A DNA stretch of 64,000 nucleotides from Candidatus Latescibacterota bacterium (GTDB taxonomy: Bacteria > Latescibacterota > UBA2968 > UBA8231), in assembly GCA_963422735.1 (NCBI GenBank), contig OY730476.1, positions 2,976,001-3,040,000 of the forward strand, given 5' to 3'. Shown in pieces: positions 20,535-30,124 of the stretch. The notes beneath the pieces were generated by a model, which saw only the letters and a list, made by a program, of their open reading frames with translations, was not told the DNA's origin and did not search any database. The position numbers and the translations under genes are program-made. Every line of letters begins with the position of its first letter. The first letter of the stretch is position 1.

Positions 20535-20567
20535 AAACGCGATCAAAGTAATACTTTGATCGCGTTT
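20535..20567. promoter_or_regulatory. Perfect inverted repeat, probable TA operator
   Basis: AAACGCGATCAAAGTA-A-TACTTTGATCGCGTTT, 18 bp upstream of the antitoxin ATG. Confidence 0.7.
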
Positions 20568-20632
20568 GCCACCATGCGGCCCCTATCGTACATTCCCCGT
20601 GCCGACACAAACGCCGTAACTCCTTGTAAATT

Positions 20633-23600
20633 TTGAATCAATCGCCTAGTAGACTCCACCCCATCGCCGCGCTTAAAACCCTCCTGCCGCAGTGTATGCT
20701 CCAGGATCGGGTGTGCATCGAACGCCGCCTGAGGCGTCGGGGTCGCCTCGATCCGGGAGAAGTTGATCGCCTCTTAGGCCAAGCCCGCCGCTCGGCCCAT
20801 CGCCGCGAAAAATTCCGCACCAATCGACCAATCCCCACCTACCCACCCGCCCTGCCCATTAGCGATCGCAGGGACGAAATCCTCGCGGCGATCAAGGTGC
20901 ACCCCGTCGTCGTCGTCGCTGGCGAGACCGGCTCGGGCAAGAGTACTCAATTGCCCAAAATCTGCCTAGAAGCCGGCCGGGGTGCAGACGCCCGCATTGC
21001 CGTCACGCAGCCGCGCCGCGTCGCCGCTCTCTCCATCGCTCAGCGCGTCGCCGAAGAACTCAAGGTGACCTACGGCCGCGATATCGGCTGCAAAATTCGC
21101 TTTCGCGACCAGACCGCGCCCGAGACCTGCATCAAGGTCATGACCGACGGCATGCTGCTGGCCGAGACCCAAACCGATCCCGACCTGCTCGAATACGACA
21201 CCATTATCGTGGATGAGGCCCACGAGCGCAGCCTTAACATCGACTTCCTGCTCGGCTACCTGCGGCTTCTCCGCCGCAAGCGGCCCGATCTCAAGATCGT
21301 CATTACTTCGGCCACCATCGACACCGAAACCTTCTCTAAGGCTTTTGACGACGCTCCCGTCATCGAGGTCTCGGGCCGGATGTTCCCGGTCGAGGTTCGC
21401 TATTGGCCGCTTGACAAGCTCCTGCAAGATCGCGGCGACTACACGTATTTGGATGCGGCCGCCAGCGCGGTGGATGAAATTTTGCACACGTCGCGGCAGG
21501 GCGACCTCTTGGTCTTTCTGCCGTCTGAGCGCGATATCCGCGAAACCCGAGAGCGGCTCGAAGGGCGCAAGTTGCACGGGGTCGAGATCTTGCCGCTCTT
21601 TGGCCGCCTAACCGCCGGGGAGCAACAGCGCGTATTCGCCCCAGGGGACCGCCGCCGCGTAGTGTTGGCCACTAATATCGCCGAGACTTCGCTGACCATC
21701 CCCCGCATCCGCTACGTCGTAGATACGGGCTTGGCGCGTCTGTCGCGCTACAACCCGCGCACCCACACCCAGCACCTGCCGATTGAACCGATCTCGCAGA
21801 GCAGCGCCCGCCAACGGGAGGGGCGCTGTGGACGGGTCGCGGACGGCGTCTGCATTCGCCTCTACTCGGAGCAGGATTTTCTCGCGCGGCCCGAATACAC
21901 CCAGCCCGAAATCCAGCGCGCCAATCTCGCCGAAGTGATCCTGCGGATGATCAATCTCAAGCTAGGAGACATTGAGGCGTTCCCCTTTATTGACCCCCCT
22001 GCAAAAGCCGCTATCGCCGGCGGTTTCCAACTCCTGCGCCAGCTCAACGCCCTCGACGAAAACCGCGCACTCACTCCCATTGGCCTCGCTATGGCGCGCC
22101 TGCCCATTGACCCCACGGTCTCGCGGATGCTGCTCCAAGCCCGCGAGGAGCAATCTCTGTCCGAGGTGCTCGTCATCGCCGCGGCCATCAGCATTCAAGA
22201 TCCGCGCGAGCGGCCCATGGAAGAGCAGGATGCGGCCGACCAAATGCACCGACAGCTCCACGACAAAAATTCCGATTTCCTAGCTTATCTCAACATCTGG
22301 AACGCCTACCATGACAAAATGGAAAGCGCCTCGCAGAACCAATTGCGCAAATTCTGCAAGGCGCACTACCTCTCCTACATGCGGATGCGCGAATGGCGCG
22401 ATATCCACGCGCAGCTCCGCGAGACACTGGGCGAAATAAAAGGCTTTCGCTTCAACCGAGAACCCGCCGGGTATGACGCGATCCATCGCGCGGTACTCAC
22501 TGGCTTGCTTTCGAGTGTGGCGCGCCAAGAAGAAGGCAATGTCTATCAGGCAGCGCGCAGCCGCGAGGTGATGATTTTTCCCGGCTCGGGACTCTTCCGC
22601 TCCAACAAGGGCAAGAAGTCAGCCGAAGGCGGCGGGCCACCCGGTTGGCTGGTCGCGGCCGAGATCGTCGAGACCTCGCGCCTATTCGCCCGCACCGTCG
22701 CTCGCATCCAGCCTGAATGGCTCGCTGAGCTAGGCAGCCACCTATGTCGCGCTTCCTACGACCAACCCTACTTCAACGCGCGCTCGGGGCGGGTGTTGGT
22801 GCGCGAAAAACAGACCCTCTACGGCCTCGAAGTACTCAGTCGCCGCATCCCGTATAGCCGCATCAACGCCCGCGAGGCCACCGAGATATTCATCCGCGAG
22901 GCGTTGGTACCTGGGACGGTGCATACTCCGCATAAATTTCTCGCGCACAACATGCGCCTGTGTCAGAAGATCGAAACTTGGCAGACCCGCGCCCGCGGTT
23001 TGGCCGATGTCCATGTCGAAGAGGCCGCCGCCCGCTTTTACTCCCAGTACCTCGACGATGTTTCCTCTCTGCACGACCTCAACCGATTCCTCAAAGACAA
23101 AGCCGACGACTTCCTGCTGATGCAGGAGGAAGACTTGCTCAGCACCACCCACGCCGATTTCAACCAGCAGGCCTTCCCAGACGCCCTCGACCTCGACGGC
23201 AAAAAACTAGCCATCAGCTACGCCTATCGCCCGGGGCAAGACGAGGACGGGATCACCGTCAAGGTGCCCTACAAACTGGCCCACGCCGTCGATCCAGAAA
23301 TACTTGAATGGCTGGTGCCGGGTCTGCTCGAAGAAAAAATCACCGTCCTGCTGCGCTCGTTGCCCAAGTCCATCCGCAAGCAACTAGTGCCGATTCCCGC
23401 AAAGGCCAAGAGCATTGCGGCCGCGCTCAAGCCGACGCATCCCACCTTTTTGGAGTCGCTGCAAGATCACATCCGCCAGCACTACCGGATCCAAATCCAG
23501 GCGTCGGACTGGAACGCGGATGACTTGCCCGACCACCTCAAAATGCGCGTCGATATCCAAGGCACTGACGATCAATCCGTCGCGGCCGGCCGCGATTTGC

Positions 23601-24532
23601 AGCAACTGACCCAACGCCTCGAACAGCACGATACTCCGGTTGAACTCGACGCTTGGAAAAAGGCGGCCCAACAGTGGGAACGAGAAGGGATAACTAGGTG
23701 GGATTTCGGCGACCTGCCCGAGCGAATAGAGGTGACCCAAGCGGGCGGGATGCCGCTTTATGGCTGGCCCGGCCTCCGCCGCGACGAAGGCGGCGTGTTG
23801 CTGCGTCTCTACAAAAGTCGCGCCGAAGCCGAAATCCGCTCGCGGGAGGGTTTTTTCGGCCTTTGTGCCTTGGCGTTGCGCGACGAGCTAGCTTGGCTCC
23901 GCCGCGAGCTCCAGGAGCTGGCGCAGTTCAAGACGCGCTACCAAGGCAGTTCCCTCGAACTGTGCACCCAGGCATTTGAACATCTCGAGCGCTATCTCTT
24001 CCACCGCGAGCAAATCCTGCCCCTGCGCCAACGGGATTTCGACGCCGTGCTGATACAGGCTAAGCAGCGGCTGCGCGGCTTGGCCTCGCGCTTTATCTCC
24101 CTAATCGACAGCTTGCTCGAAGCTCGCCGCGAAATTCTCCTCTCAGGCCGGTCCTATCGCGGGATGGACGCGGACTTGGAGCGGCTGCTGCCAGATAACT
24201 TCCTAGTCTGCGTCCCCTTCCACCGTCTCAGCCATCTGCTCCGCTACCTAAAAGCCGTTGAGGTGCGCACCGAACGCGCTGCAACCGACCCGCGCAAGGA
24301 CGCGCAGAAGGCCGAGCTGATCGAGGTGTACCAAAGTCAGTTGGAAAAGCTCGCCGGGGAGACCAATTCGCCCGAGCGAGAGGCCCAAATCAAGGAGTTG
24401 CGCTGGATGCTGGAGGAATATCGCGTCTCGGTCTTCGCCCAAGAGCTGGGCACCGCCCACCCGATTTCCCCCAAGCGGCTCGACAAGAAAGTCGAGCAGA
24501 TTCGCCAAATGAAGAGGTCGAACCAGCGGTAG
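20633..24532 (+). CDS. hrpA: ATP-dependent RNA helicase HrpA
   Basis: GETGSGKST, TQPRRVAA, DEAHER, SAT, TNIAETSLT, QREGRCGR, C-terminal RWMLEEYRVSVFAQELGT. Confidence 0.97.
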   Translation: MNQSPSRLHPIAALKTLLPQCMLQDRVCIERRLRRRGRLDPGEVDRLLGQARRSAHRREKFRTNRPIPTYPPALPISDRRDEILAAIKVHPVVVVAGETGSGKSTQLPKICLEAGRGADARIAVTQPRRVAALSIAQRVAEELKVTYGRDIGCKIRFRDQTAPETCIKVMTDGMLLAETQTDPDLLEYDTIIVDEAHERSLNIDFLLGYLRLLRRKRPDLKIVITSATIDTETFSKAFDDAPVIEVSGRMFPVEVRYWPLDKLLQDRGDYTYLDAAASAVDEILHTSRQGDLLVFLPSERDIRETRERLEGRKLHGVEILPLFGRLTAGEQQRVFAPGDRRRVVLATNIAETSLTIPRIRYVVDTGLARLSRYNPRTHTQHLPIEPISQSSARQREGRCGRVADGVCIRLYSEQDFLARPEYTQPEIQRANLAEVILRMINLKLGDIEAFPFIDPPAKAAIAGGFQLLRQLNALDENRALTPIGLAMARLPIDPTVSRMLLQAREEQSLSEVLVIAAAISIQDPRERPMEEQDAADQMHRQLHDKNSDFLAYLNIWNAYHDKMESASQNQLRKFCKAHYLSYMRMREWRDIHAQLRETLGEIKGFRFNREPAGYDAIHRAVLTGLLSSVARQEEGNVYQAARSREVMIFPGSGLFRSNKGKKSAEGGGPPGWLVAAEIVETSRLFARTVARIQPEWLAELGSHLCRASYDQPYFNARSGRVLVREKQTLYGLEVLSRRIPYSRINAREATEIFIREALVPGTVHTPHKFLAHNMRLCQKIETWQTRARGLADVHVEEAAARFYSQYLDDVSSLHDLNRFLKDKADDFLLMQEEDLLSTTHADFNQQAFPDALDLDGKKLAISYAYRPGQDEDGITVKVPYKLAHAVDPEILEWLVPGLLEEKITVLLRSLPKSIRKQLVPIPAKAKSIAAALKPTHPTFLESLQDHIRQHYRIQIQASDWNADDLPDHLKMRVDIQGTDDQSVAAGRDLQQLTQRLEQHDTPVELDAWKKAAQQWEREGITRWDFGDLPERIEVTQAGGMPLYGWPGLRRDEGGVLLRLYKSRAEAEIRSREGFFGLCALALRDELAWLRRELQELAQFKTRYQGSSLELCTQAFEHLERYLFHREQILPLRQRDFDAVLIQAKQRLRGLASRFISLIDSLLEARREILLSGRSYRGMDADLERLLPDNFLVCVPFHRLSHLLRYLKAVEVRTERAATDPRKDAQKAELIEVYQSQLEKLAGETNSPEREAQIKELRWMLEEYRVSVFAQELGTAHPISPKRLDKKVEQIRQMKRSNQR

Positions 24533-24693
24533 TTCGGTGTATCGAAACAAACCCATCCGCGTGTGCGGGCGCATACAGATGGAGCCAGCAAATCGCCGCC
24601 CTTACTCAGAGATCGGCACTGGCATGTAGGTTGCTTTCCTACCCTTTAGCAACCATATTACTCCATATTCTTGCCGCCCTCGAGGAGTCCATC

Positions 24694-25074
24694 ATGACCG
24701 AGAGTTCCAACCCTCAACCTCGTCCCGCCCCCGAAGATCTGTATTGGGGCATCAGCTATCTGCGCGAAGACATACAAGACCTACGCAACCAGATAGGAGC
24801 CGTTCACCACCGCATTGACGAGACCAACCGCTCATTGGGGGAACAAATTCAAGCCGTTCACCACCGCATTGACGAGACCAACCGCTCATTGGGGGAACAA
24901 ATTCAAGCCGTTCACCACCGCATTGACGAGACCAACCGCTCATTGGGGGAACAAATTCAAGCCGTTCACCACCGCATTGACGAGACCAATAAGCGCATGG
25001 ATACCCATTTCAGATGGACGATGACCACCTTGGTCGCCATCACCGGCATCCTAATCGCCGTCATCAAGCTCTGA
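24694..25074 (+). CDS. Small coiled-coil repeat protein with C-terminal TM anchor (DUF1640/Bdr-like architecture)
   Basis: GAGGAG RBS; 18-aa repeats AVHHRIDETNRSLGEQIQ; hydrophobic C-terminus. Confidence 0.8.
   Translation: MTESSNPQPRPAPEDLYWGISYLREDIQDLRNQIGAVHHRIDETNRSLGEQIQAVHHRIDETNRSLGEQIQAVHHRIDETNRSLGEQIQAVHHRIDETNKRMDTHFRWTMTTLVAITGILIAVIKL
24798..24989 (+). repeat. 54-bp perfect tandem repeat, 3 full copies plus a 30-bp partial
   Basis: AGCCGTTCACCACCGCATTGACGAGACCAACCGCTCATTGGGGGAACAAATTCA starting at 24798, 24852, 24906 and (partial) 24960. Confidence 0.97.
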
Positions 25075-25161
25075 CCCACCCCTAGGCACCGCCGCTCGCC
25101 GGAAGCGAACCGCAGGACCAGTGCCAACCAATCGCTCCGTAAATTGAGAGGACTAGGTAGC

Positions 25162-25720
25162 TCAGATGTTCTCCACCAACCACTGATAGCACTTTTCGTA
25201 TCCCACCTACCCCTCGGTCTCCGGCCCCTCGTATTCAGCCGTCCAAGCCCCGTCGTAGACGGCCGCCTTGAGGCACTCAACCGCGTGACCGAGGTGGATT
25301 TCGCCCTCGCCCAGTGACCGCTCCCTTGTAATTTTGCCGCGAACTGGTGCTGGTCGAGAAAGCCGGCTTGGCCGTGGGGCAGGCGCGGGTGCTTCAACGG
25401 CCGCACCCGGGCGTAGTAGCGTTGGCCGTTGACCAGTTCCTCGCGGGTGTGCCCGTAGATACTGCCGCCGGAGTGGTCAGAGTCCACAGTAATCGACAGC
25501 GTATCGTCCCGCCACCACTTGAGCGGATCTTCGTTTTCGATCTTGAGGGTATCGTCGCGGATCCGGGCGAAGCCGTACCAGCTGTTGTCGGGGGGCGGAC
25601 TCCAAGCGGTGTACATGGTGAAGTCGAAGTCGGCTGCATCGACGGGGTCTGATTCGCGGTCGAAGAATCCTTCCCGCTCCAGCGCGAGACGGGGGTCGAA
25701 AAAGGCCCAGTCGCCGCTCA
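25162..25720 (-). pseudogene. Fused remnants: CBM9-like fragment and sugar-phosphate isomerase/epimerase C-terminus
   Basis: DFDFTMYTAWS...ARIRDD...DDTLSITVDSDHSGG fragment, then GEGEIHLGHAVECLKAAVYDGAWTAEYEG with an internal stop. Confidence 0.5.
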
Positions 25721-25721
25721 C

Positions 25722-26044
25722 TTGCCGGTTTCGCGGGTGGTGGCGTATTCGGCGGCCAAAGCGGCCGTAGTGAACGCACGGGAGTGGGCCGACAAAGAAG
25801 TGCGGGTCAACTCCATCACCCCGGGCTTTTCCCCGCCGAGGAACACCGCCGCTTGCTCTTTGAAGACGACGGCACGCCCACTGAGCGCGGCAAACAAATC
25901 CTCTCCCACACCCCCACGAACCGCTTTGGCCGCCCCGAGGAGCTAGTCGGTGCGGCGGTGTTCCTCGCGTCGGACGCGGCCAGCGGCTTTGTAACCGGCA
26001 CGGACATCCGCGTTGACGAGGAATTTTTGGCGACGATGATTTAA
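25722..26044 (+). pseudogene. SDR oxidoreductase C-terminal remnant
   Basis: YSAAKAAV (YxxxK), [10 protein letters not shown], frameshift, [30 protein letters not shown]; the Rossmann N-terminus is absent. Confidence 0.8.
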
Positions 26045-26213
26045 GCTCTGTCATCGAAATTCGGCAGGTGCTTCAGAGTTTTGAGCCGTTCGACTTTTTT
26101 CTTGTTGAGATACGCAGGCCCGCAGCCGGGAATGGAGTTGTTAGAAGAAGGCTCAATCTACCTTGTGTAGCCCCTTAATACCGCAACGCGTTTGCTTTTT
26201 TAACTCGCCCCTT

Positions 26214-27602
26214 TCAAGAGATCCACACCGTTTTGTATTCAAAAAAAGGCTCCAGACCCATCCCGCCGTAGCGCCGGCCAATGCCGCTCTGCTTAAAACC
26301 ACCCCAAGGTGTGCGATGGCTCAGCATACTAGCACTATTAATGGTCACAACCCCCACTTCCAATCGCCGCACAAAATAGCGTTGTTGCTCAGGTTTTAGA
26401 GTCCAGAGCGAAACGAGCAGTCCGTAGTCCGTATCGTTGGCCAACGCCAGCGCCTCGTCGTCGCTATCAAACGTCAGCACGGATACAACCGGTCCGAAAA
26501 TTTCGTCGCGGCAAACCGGACCGGACTGATCTGCAAAGGCAAAAGCCGTGGGCTCAAAATAGCAACCCTTCGCGTACTCGTCTCCCGGCGGATGTGTGCC
26601 GCCAAATAGTAGAGACCCCTGTGCTTTTCCCATCTCGACGTAGCGCTCCACGCGCTCTACCGCGGCCCTGTCGATCAACATGCTGGGCCCTGCGGTCTGC
26701 GCCTTTTCTTTTAGTAAATCGATAAATTCGTCGCGCAGCGATTCGTGCAGCAAAACCCGACTTATTGCCGAGCACGCCTGCCCGGGGAAAGCCGATTCCA
26801 CGGTCGCCGTCGCCGCTGCTTCTAGGTCGGCTTCGGGCAAGACGATCTGCGCCGTTTTGCTGCCCAGATTTAGCTGCACTCGCTTGAGATCTTCGGCGGC
26901 AGCGGCCATGATCTTTTTCCCCGTCGCCGTGCTGCCGGTAAAACTGATCAGACGTGTAGCTGGGTGCGCGACGAGAGCCTGCCCCACCTCAGGCCCCTTG
27001 CCGCTGAGCGCGTTGACCACCCCGGCAGGGAAACCGGCTTCGTGGAATGCCTGCATAGTCTTGAGTGCCTGTGGTGCTTCTTGGTCGGGCGCTTTAAGCA
27101 CGACCGTATTGCCGGCTACCAGTGCCGGCACGGCCGATAAAAGAGCACCCAGCAGCGGCCCGTTGAAGGGGGCAAAGATAGCAACGGCACCCAGCGGTTC
27201 CCTATATACATAATTAGTGCGCTGGTCGCCGTGCTCAATAAGCGCACCCTCCCCGTCGTCTAGTTTACCCACGTAGTAGTCGATGACGCGCTCTATCAGC
27301 GGCGGGATGCCCGTCGCCCCCTGGGGCTGGACCTTGGCTGCCGCCAGTTCGTCGGCCATGGCATAGAGCACCTCTTTCAGTTTGGCGAATAAAGTGCGCT
27401 TGTGCTCAACGCCGCAGAACTTCCACTCTGCATAAAATGCTTCGTGCGCAGCAGCAGCGGCCCGATCCACATCGGCCCAACTGGCATCGGCGACTTCGGC
27501 GACTAATGTGCCGTCTACGGGGCTATACAGGGAATAGTAGCGTCCAGATGTTGGGGGACATATTTGGCCCCCGATCAGTAAATCACTTTTTTTGATACTC
27601 AC
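26214..27602 (-). CDS. Aldehyde dehydrogenase family protein (atypical)
   Basis: REPLG, PFN, GNTVVLK, SFTGSTATG, GQAC, EIFGPV, WGGFKQSGIGR; ELGGK is replaced by NLGSK. Confidence 0.9.
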   Translation of the reverse strand: MSIKKSDLLIGGQICPPTSGRYYSLYSPVDGTLVAEVADASWADVDRAAAAAHEAFYAEWKFCGVEHKRTLFAKLKEVLYAMADELAAAKVQPQGATGIPPLIERVIDYYVGKLDDGEGALIEHGDQRTNYVYREPLGAVAIFAPFNGPLLGALLSAVPALVAGNTVVLKAPDQEAPQALKTMQAFHEAGFPAGVVNALSGKGPEVGQALVAHPATRLISFTGSTATGKKIMAAAAEDLKRVQLNLGSKTAQIVLPEADLEAAATATVESAFPGQACSAISRVLLHESLRDEFIDLLKEKAQTAGPSMLIDRAAVERVERYVEMGKAQGSLLFGGTHPPGDEYAKGCYFEPTAFAFADQSGPVCRDEIFGPVVSVLTFDSDDEALALANDTDYGLLVSLWTLKPEQQRYFVRRLEVGVVTINSASMLSHRTPWGGFKQSGIGRRYGGMGLEPFFEYKTVWIS

Positions 27603-27842
27603 TTCATTTTCCTCCTATTGATGCGATGGCGAAACCTACTGTCGAGAGGGGGCTGCTCCCTGAGCGACGAAATAAAATCCGAAACTCTTTCACAAGTTAT
27701 ATGTTTGAAACTCTTCGCCTCCGCCGGCATGACGTAGATGTCTAGCCTATTAGGTACCATCGCGAATCTTGTGTTATGGTTTATATAGGTCATTTAAGTT
27801 GTGGGACAAATCCTCGGCATGGTGCCAACGCGAAAGCGATAG

Positions 27843-29927
27843 GTGTTCCGTCCGGCACCGTCCCGATCCATCTACCGGCATGTCAATCTTCGCAACGTCA
27901 TCAACGGCTACCTATTCACCGAGGAATCGATCTTGCCATCACCGCCGACCCTGCCCGAAAATTACGACGCCCAAGCACACATGGTCGCCCATCAGGTGCG
28001 CGGGCGCATCTTTCACGCCACCATACCCTCGGTTCAACTGGCCTCTGAGCTGATGGCCAGCGGCGCACCCGCCGACCTCGCCGAAGCCACCGCCATCTTT
28101 CGCGCCGTGCTCGCCTGCCAGGAAGTGCGGGACACAGAACCGCACCGCGGCAATTTTCGCTGGGAGCTGGAAGACGAAGTCGTCGAAGATCTCAATGCCG
28201 TGCAGTTCGTGCTCTTTTATTGCATTCCCGTGCTGTGCAAAACATCAGACGCCCTGCCCTCGGACTTAGTCGCGGCTATGCGCTGCGCCGTCGCGCTGGG
28301 CCTGGAGGAAATCGTGCGCATCGATGTAGCCCCGGCCTATACCAACATCGTCCTCAAGGACATTGCCAACTCCTGCCTCGGCGGCCAGTTGTTGGGCGAT
28401 GATAGCATCGGCCGGCGCGGCCGGGAAAAACTGGTGCGCTGGATGGCGCACGTGGACACCTACGGTCTGCCCGCCGAGTACAATAGCCCCAACTACGCCT
28501 CTGTCGCCGTGCGCGTACTGGGCCGCTTGGCCGAACTGACAGAGGACGAACATACCTGCATCCGCGCCCGCACCATGCTCGCTCGCCTCGGCCTTTCCGC
28601 CGCGTTACACGTACACCCCGGCATGGGTTGCTGGGCCGGCCCCTTCAGCCGCGCCTATAGCCATGCCGTCTTTAACGCCGACGCCTTTAACGCCGATGAC
28701 GTGTACGCGTGGTTGGATGGCGGGCAGCTACCCGCCTGGATCGGCGACCTGCTGCAGCGCCCCGACGTGCCGCAGCAAATAGACGAAACGGCCCACGGCG
28801 AAGAGCCTGTGGCACTGAGCACCTATCACAGTCCCTCTTTCTGTCTGGGCGTGGCCTCCTGCGAACTGAAGACCCAAGAAGTCATCTTTATCGCCCTACA
28901 GTCCAGCGTATTTTACGCGCAGTACCGGCTCCTGCATGGCGCACACTGCGGCGTACTCTTTTCGCGTTATATACTCGACGACCAGTGGCTCAGCTTCCAG
29001 ACGACGCCGTCGCGCGAGCCCGGACAGGTCGTTCCCGAAGAGGGCCACTTCTACGGCGCACATGAGCGGGGTCGCGCCATCGGCCTCTACGCCCCGCGCA
29101 GCTTGGACGCTTGGACGCGGCGTACTAGCGCCAAAGCCGTGCTAGTGTGGACCGAGATCGAGCAGGTTGACGAGATCTGGATCGGCCAGCATAAAGTAGA
29201 TTCTCTGCCGGCGGCAGTGCCCCGGGGCAAGGTGGTCGTTGTCGGCAGCGGCGCTCTGTGGACGGCCGTCCGGCCGCTCGAGCTGACCAATCTGGGCGGC
29301 GGTGCCCCCATACGCCTAGGCGAACTGGATGGCCAGCTAGCTTTGGAGATGTACAACTATACAGGACCGGCCAAGACTTTTTGGGAAATGGCCAAACCCA
29401 GTTCCTTTTACCAGGGCCAGCCCCGCTGCGGTTTCTACGCCGAACTGGCCGAGCGTACCGACTATGCCAGCGGTGCCAATTTTGCCGCTCAGGTCGCGAC
29501 TGGTACGCTCGTCGACGAGGCGGCCCCGCCTGCCACCTATACCACGGGTGGCGAGCGCACACTCCGCGTGGAGTACGCGCGCGACGACCGCATACTCGGC
29601 ATCGAAGTCGATTTGTATGAGTGGTCGCTAAAGCGGCGTTGGACCCAGGATGGCTCCCTAAGCTGGCCCATGCATGAGTCGCCTTACGCCCGACAGAGTG
29701 CTTCCGGACAGGTCTCCATCGGCGGTGCTACTCTCACCTGCGACAAGGGCCCGATATGGCTCTGCGCTTGCCCGAGAGGCAAAAGGTATGTTGCCGCTTA
29801 TAGCGGAATTGGGATGACCTCGTTAAGGTTGGAGGTGCCCGGCGATGTAGTCGAGCTAGCTGAAATGGGTGCGGGCACGGTGATTTGGGACGAGGGCCAA
29901 GTAAAAATAGAAGCCATATTGCCCTAA
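27843..29927 (+). CDS. Large hypothetical protein (possibly heparinase II/III-like architecture)
   Basis: 694-aa ORF with YTNI, EYNSPNY and AGPFSRAY motifs; start uncertain; fold is inference. Confidence 0.6.
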   Translation: MFRPAPSRSIYRHVNLRNVINGYLFTEESILPSPPTLPENYDAQAHMVAHQVRGRIFHATIPSVQLASELMASGAPADLAEATAIFRAVLACQEVRDTEPHRGNFRWELEDEVVEDLNAVQFVLFYCIPVLCKTSDALPSDLVAAMRCAVALGLEEIVRIDVAPAYTNIVLKDIANSCLGGQLLGDDSIGRRGREKLVRWMAHVDTYGLPAEYNSPNYASVAVRVLGRLAELTEDEHTCIRARTMLARLGLSAALHVHPGMGCWAGPFSRAYSHAVFNADAFNADDVYAWLDGGQLPAWIGDLLQRPDVPQQIDETAHGEEPVALSTYHSPSFCLGVASCELKTQEVIFIALQSSVFYAQYRLLHGAHCGVLFSRYILDDQWLSFQTTPSREPGQVVPEEGHFYGAHERGRAIGLYAPRSLDAWTRRTSAKAVLVWTEIEQVDEIWIGQHKVDSLPAAVPRGKVVVVGSGALWTAVRPLELTNLGGGAPIRLGELDGQLALEMYNYTGPAKTFWEMAKPSSFYQGQPRCGFYAELAERTDYASGANFAAQVATGTLVDEAAPPATYTTGGERTLRVEYARDDRILGIEVDLYEWSLKRRWTQDGSLSWPMHESPYARQSASGQVSIGGATLTCDKGPIWLCACPRGKRYVAAYSGIGMTSLRLEVPGDVVELAEMGAGTVIWDEGQVKIEAILP

Positions 29928-30124
29928 TTCGGCTGCCGAATGGATCGAATCAACTTCCGTATCAAGCCGACCGAGTGCGCTGGAAAGTCGCCCTTGCGCC
30001 CAGCAACGGACAGATCGCTCGCACACCGACTGCTCCTGAAATAATCCGTATGAATACTCGCAAGGACCTTGCCCGCCTTCTTCCGTTGACGGGGGTTTTT
30101 CGGCGACGACAATCTGAGACCGCT

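Noticed and set aside
24798-24989. Possible CRISPR array
   Set aside because: Units are contiguous and identical with no unique spacers, lie in frame within a CDS, and no cas genes are present.
24966-26054. 362-aa minus-strand ORF as a real gene
   Set aside because: It is a chimera of the antisense SDR relic and a short genuine fragment, and it overlaps the repeat gene.
27599-27793. 64-aa ORF upstream of the ALDH
   Set aside because: No recognisable motif or convincing RBS; may be a fragment or noncoding.
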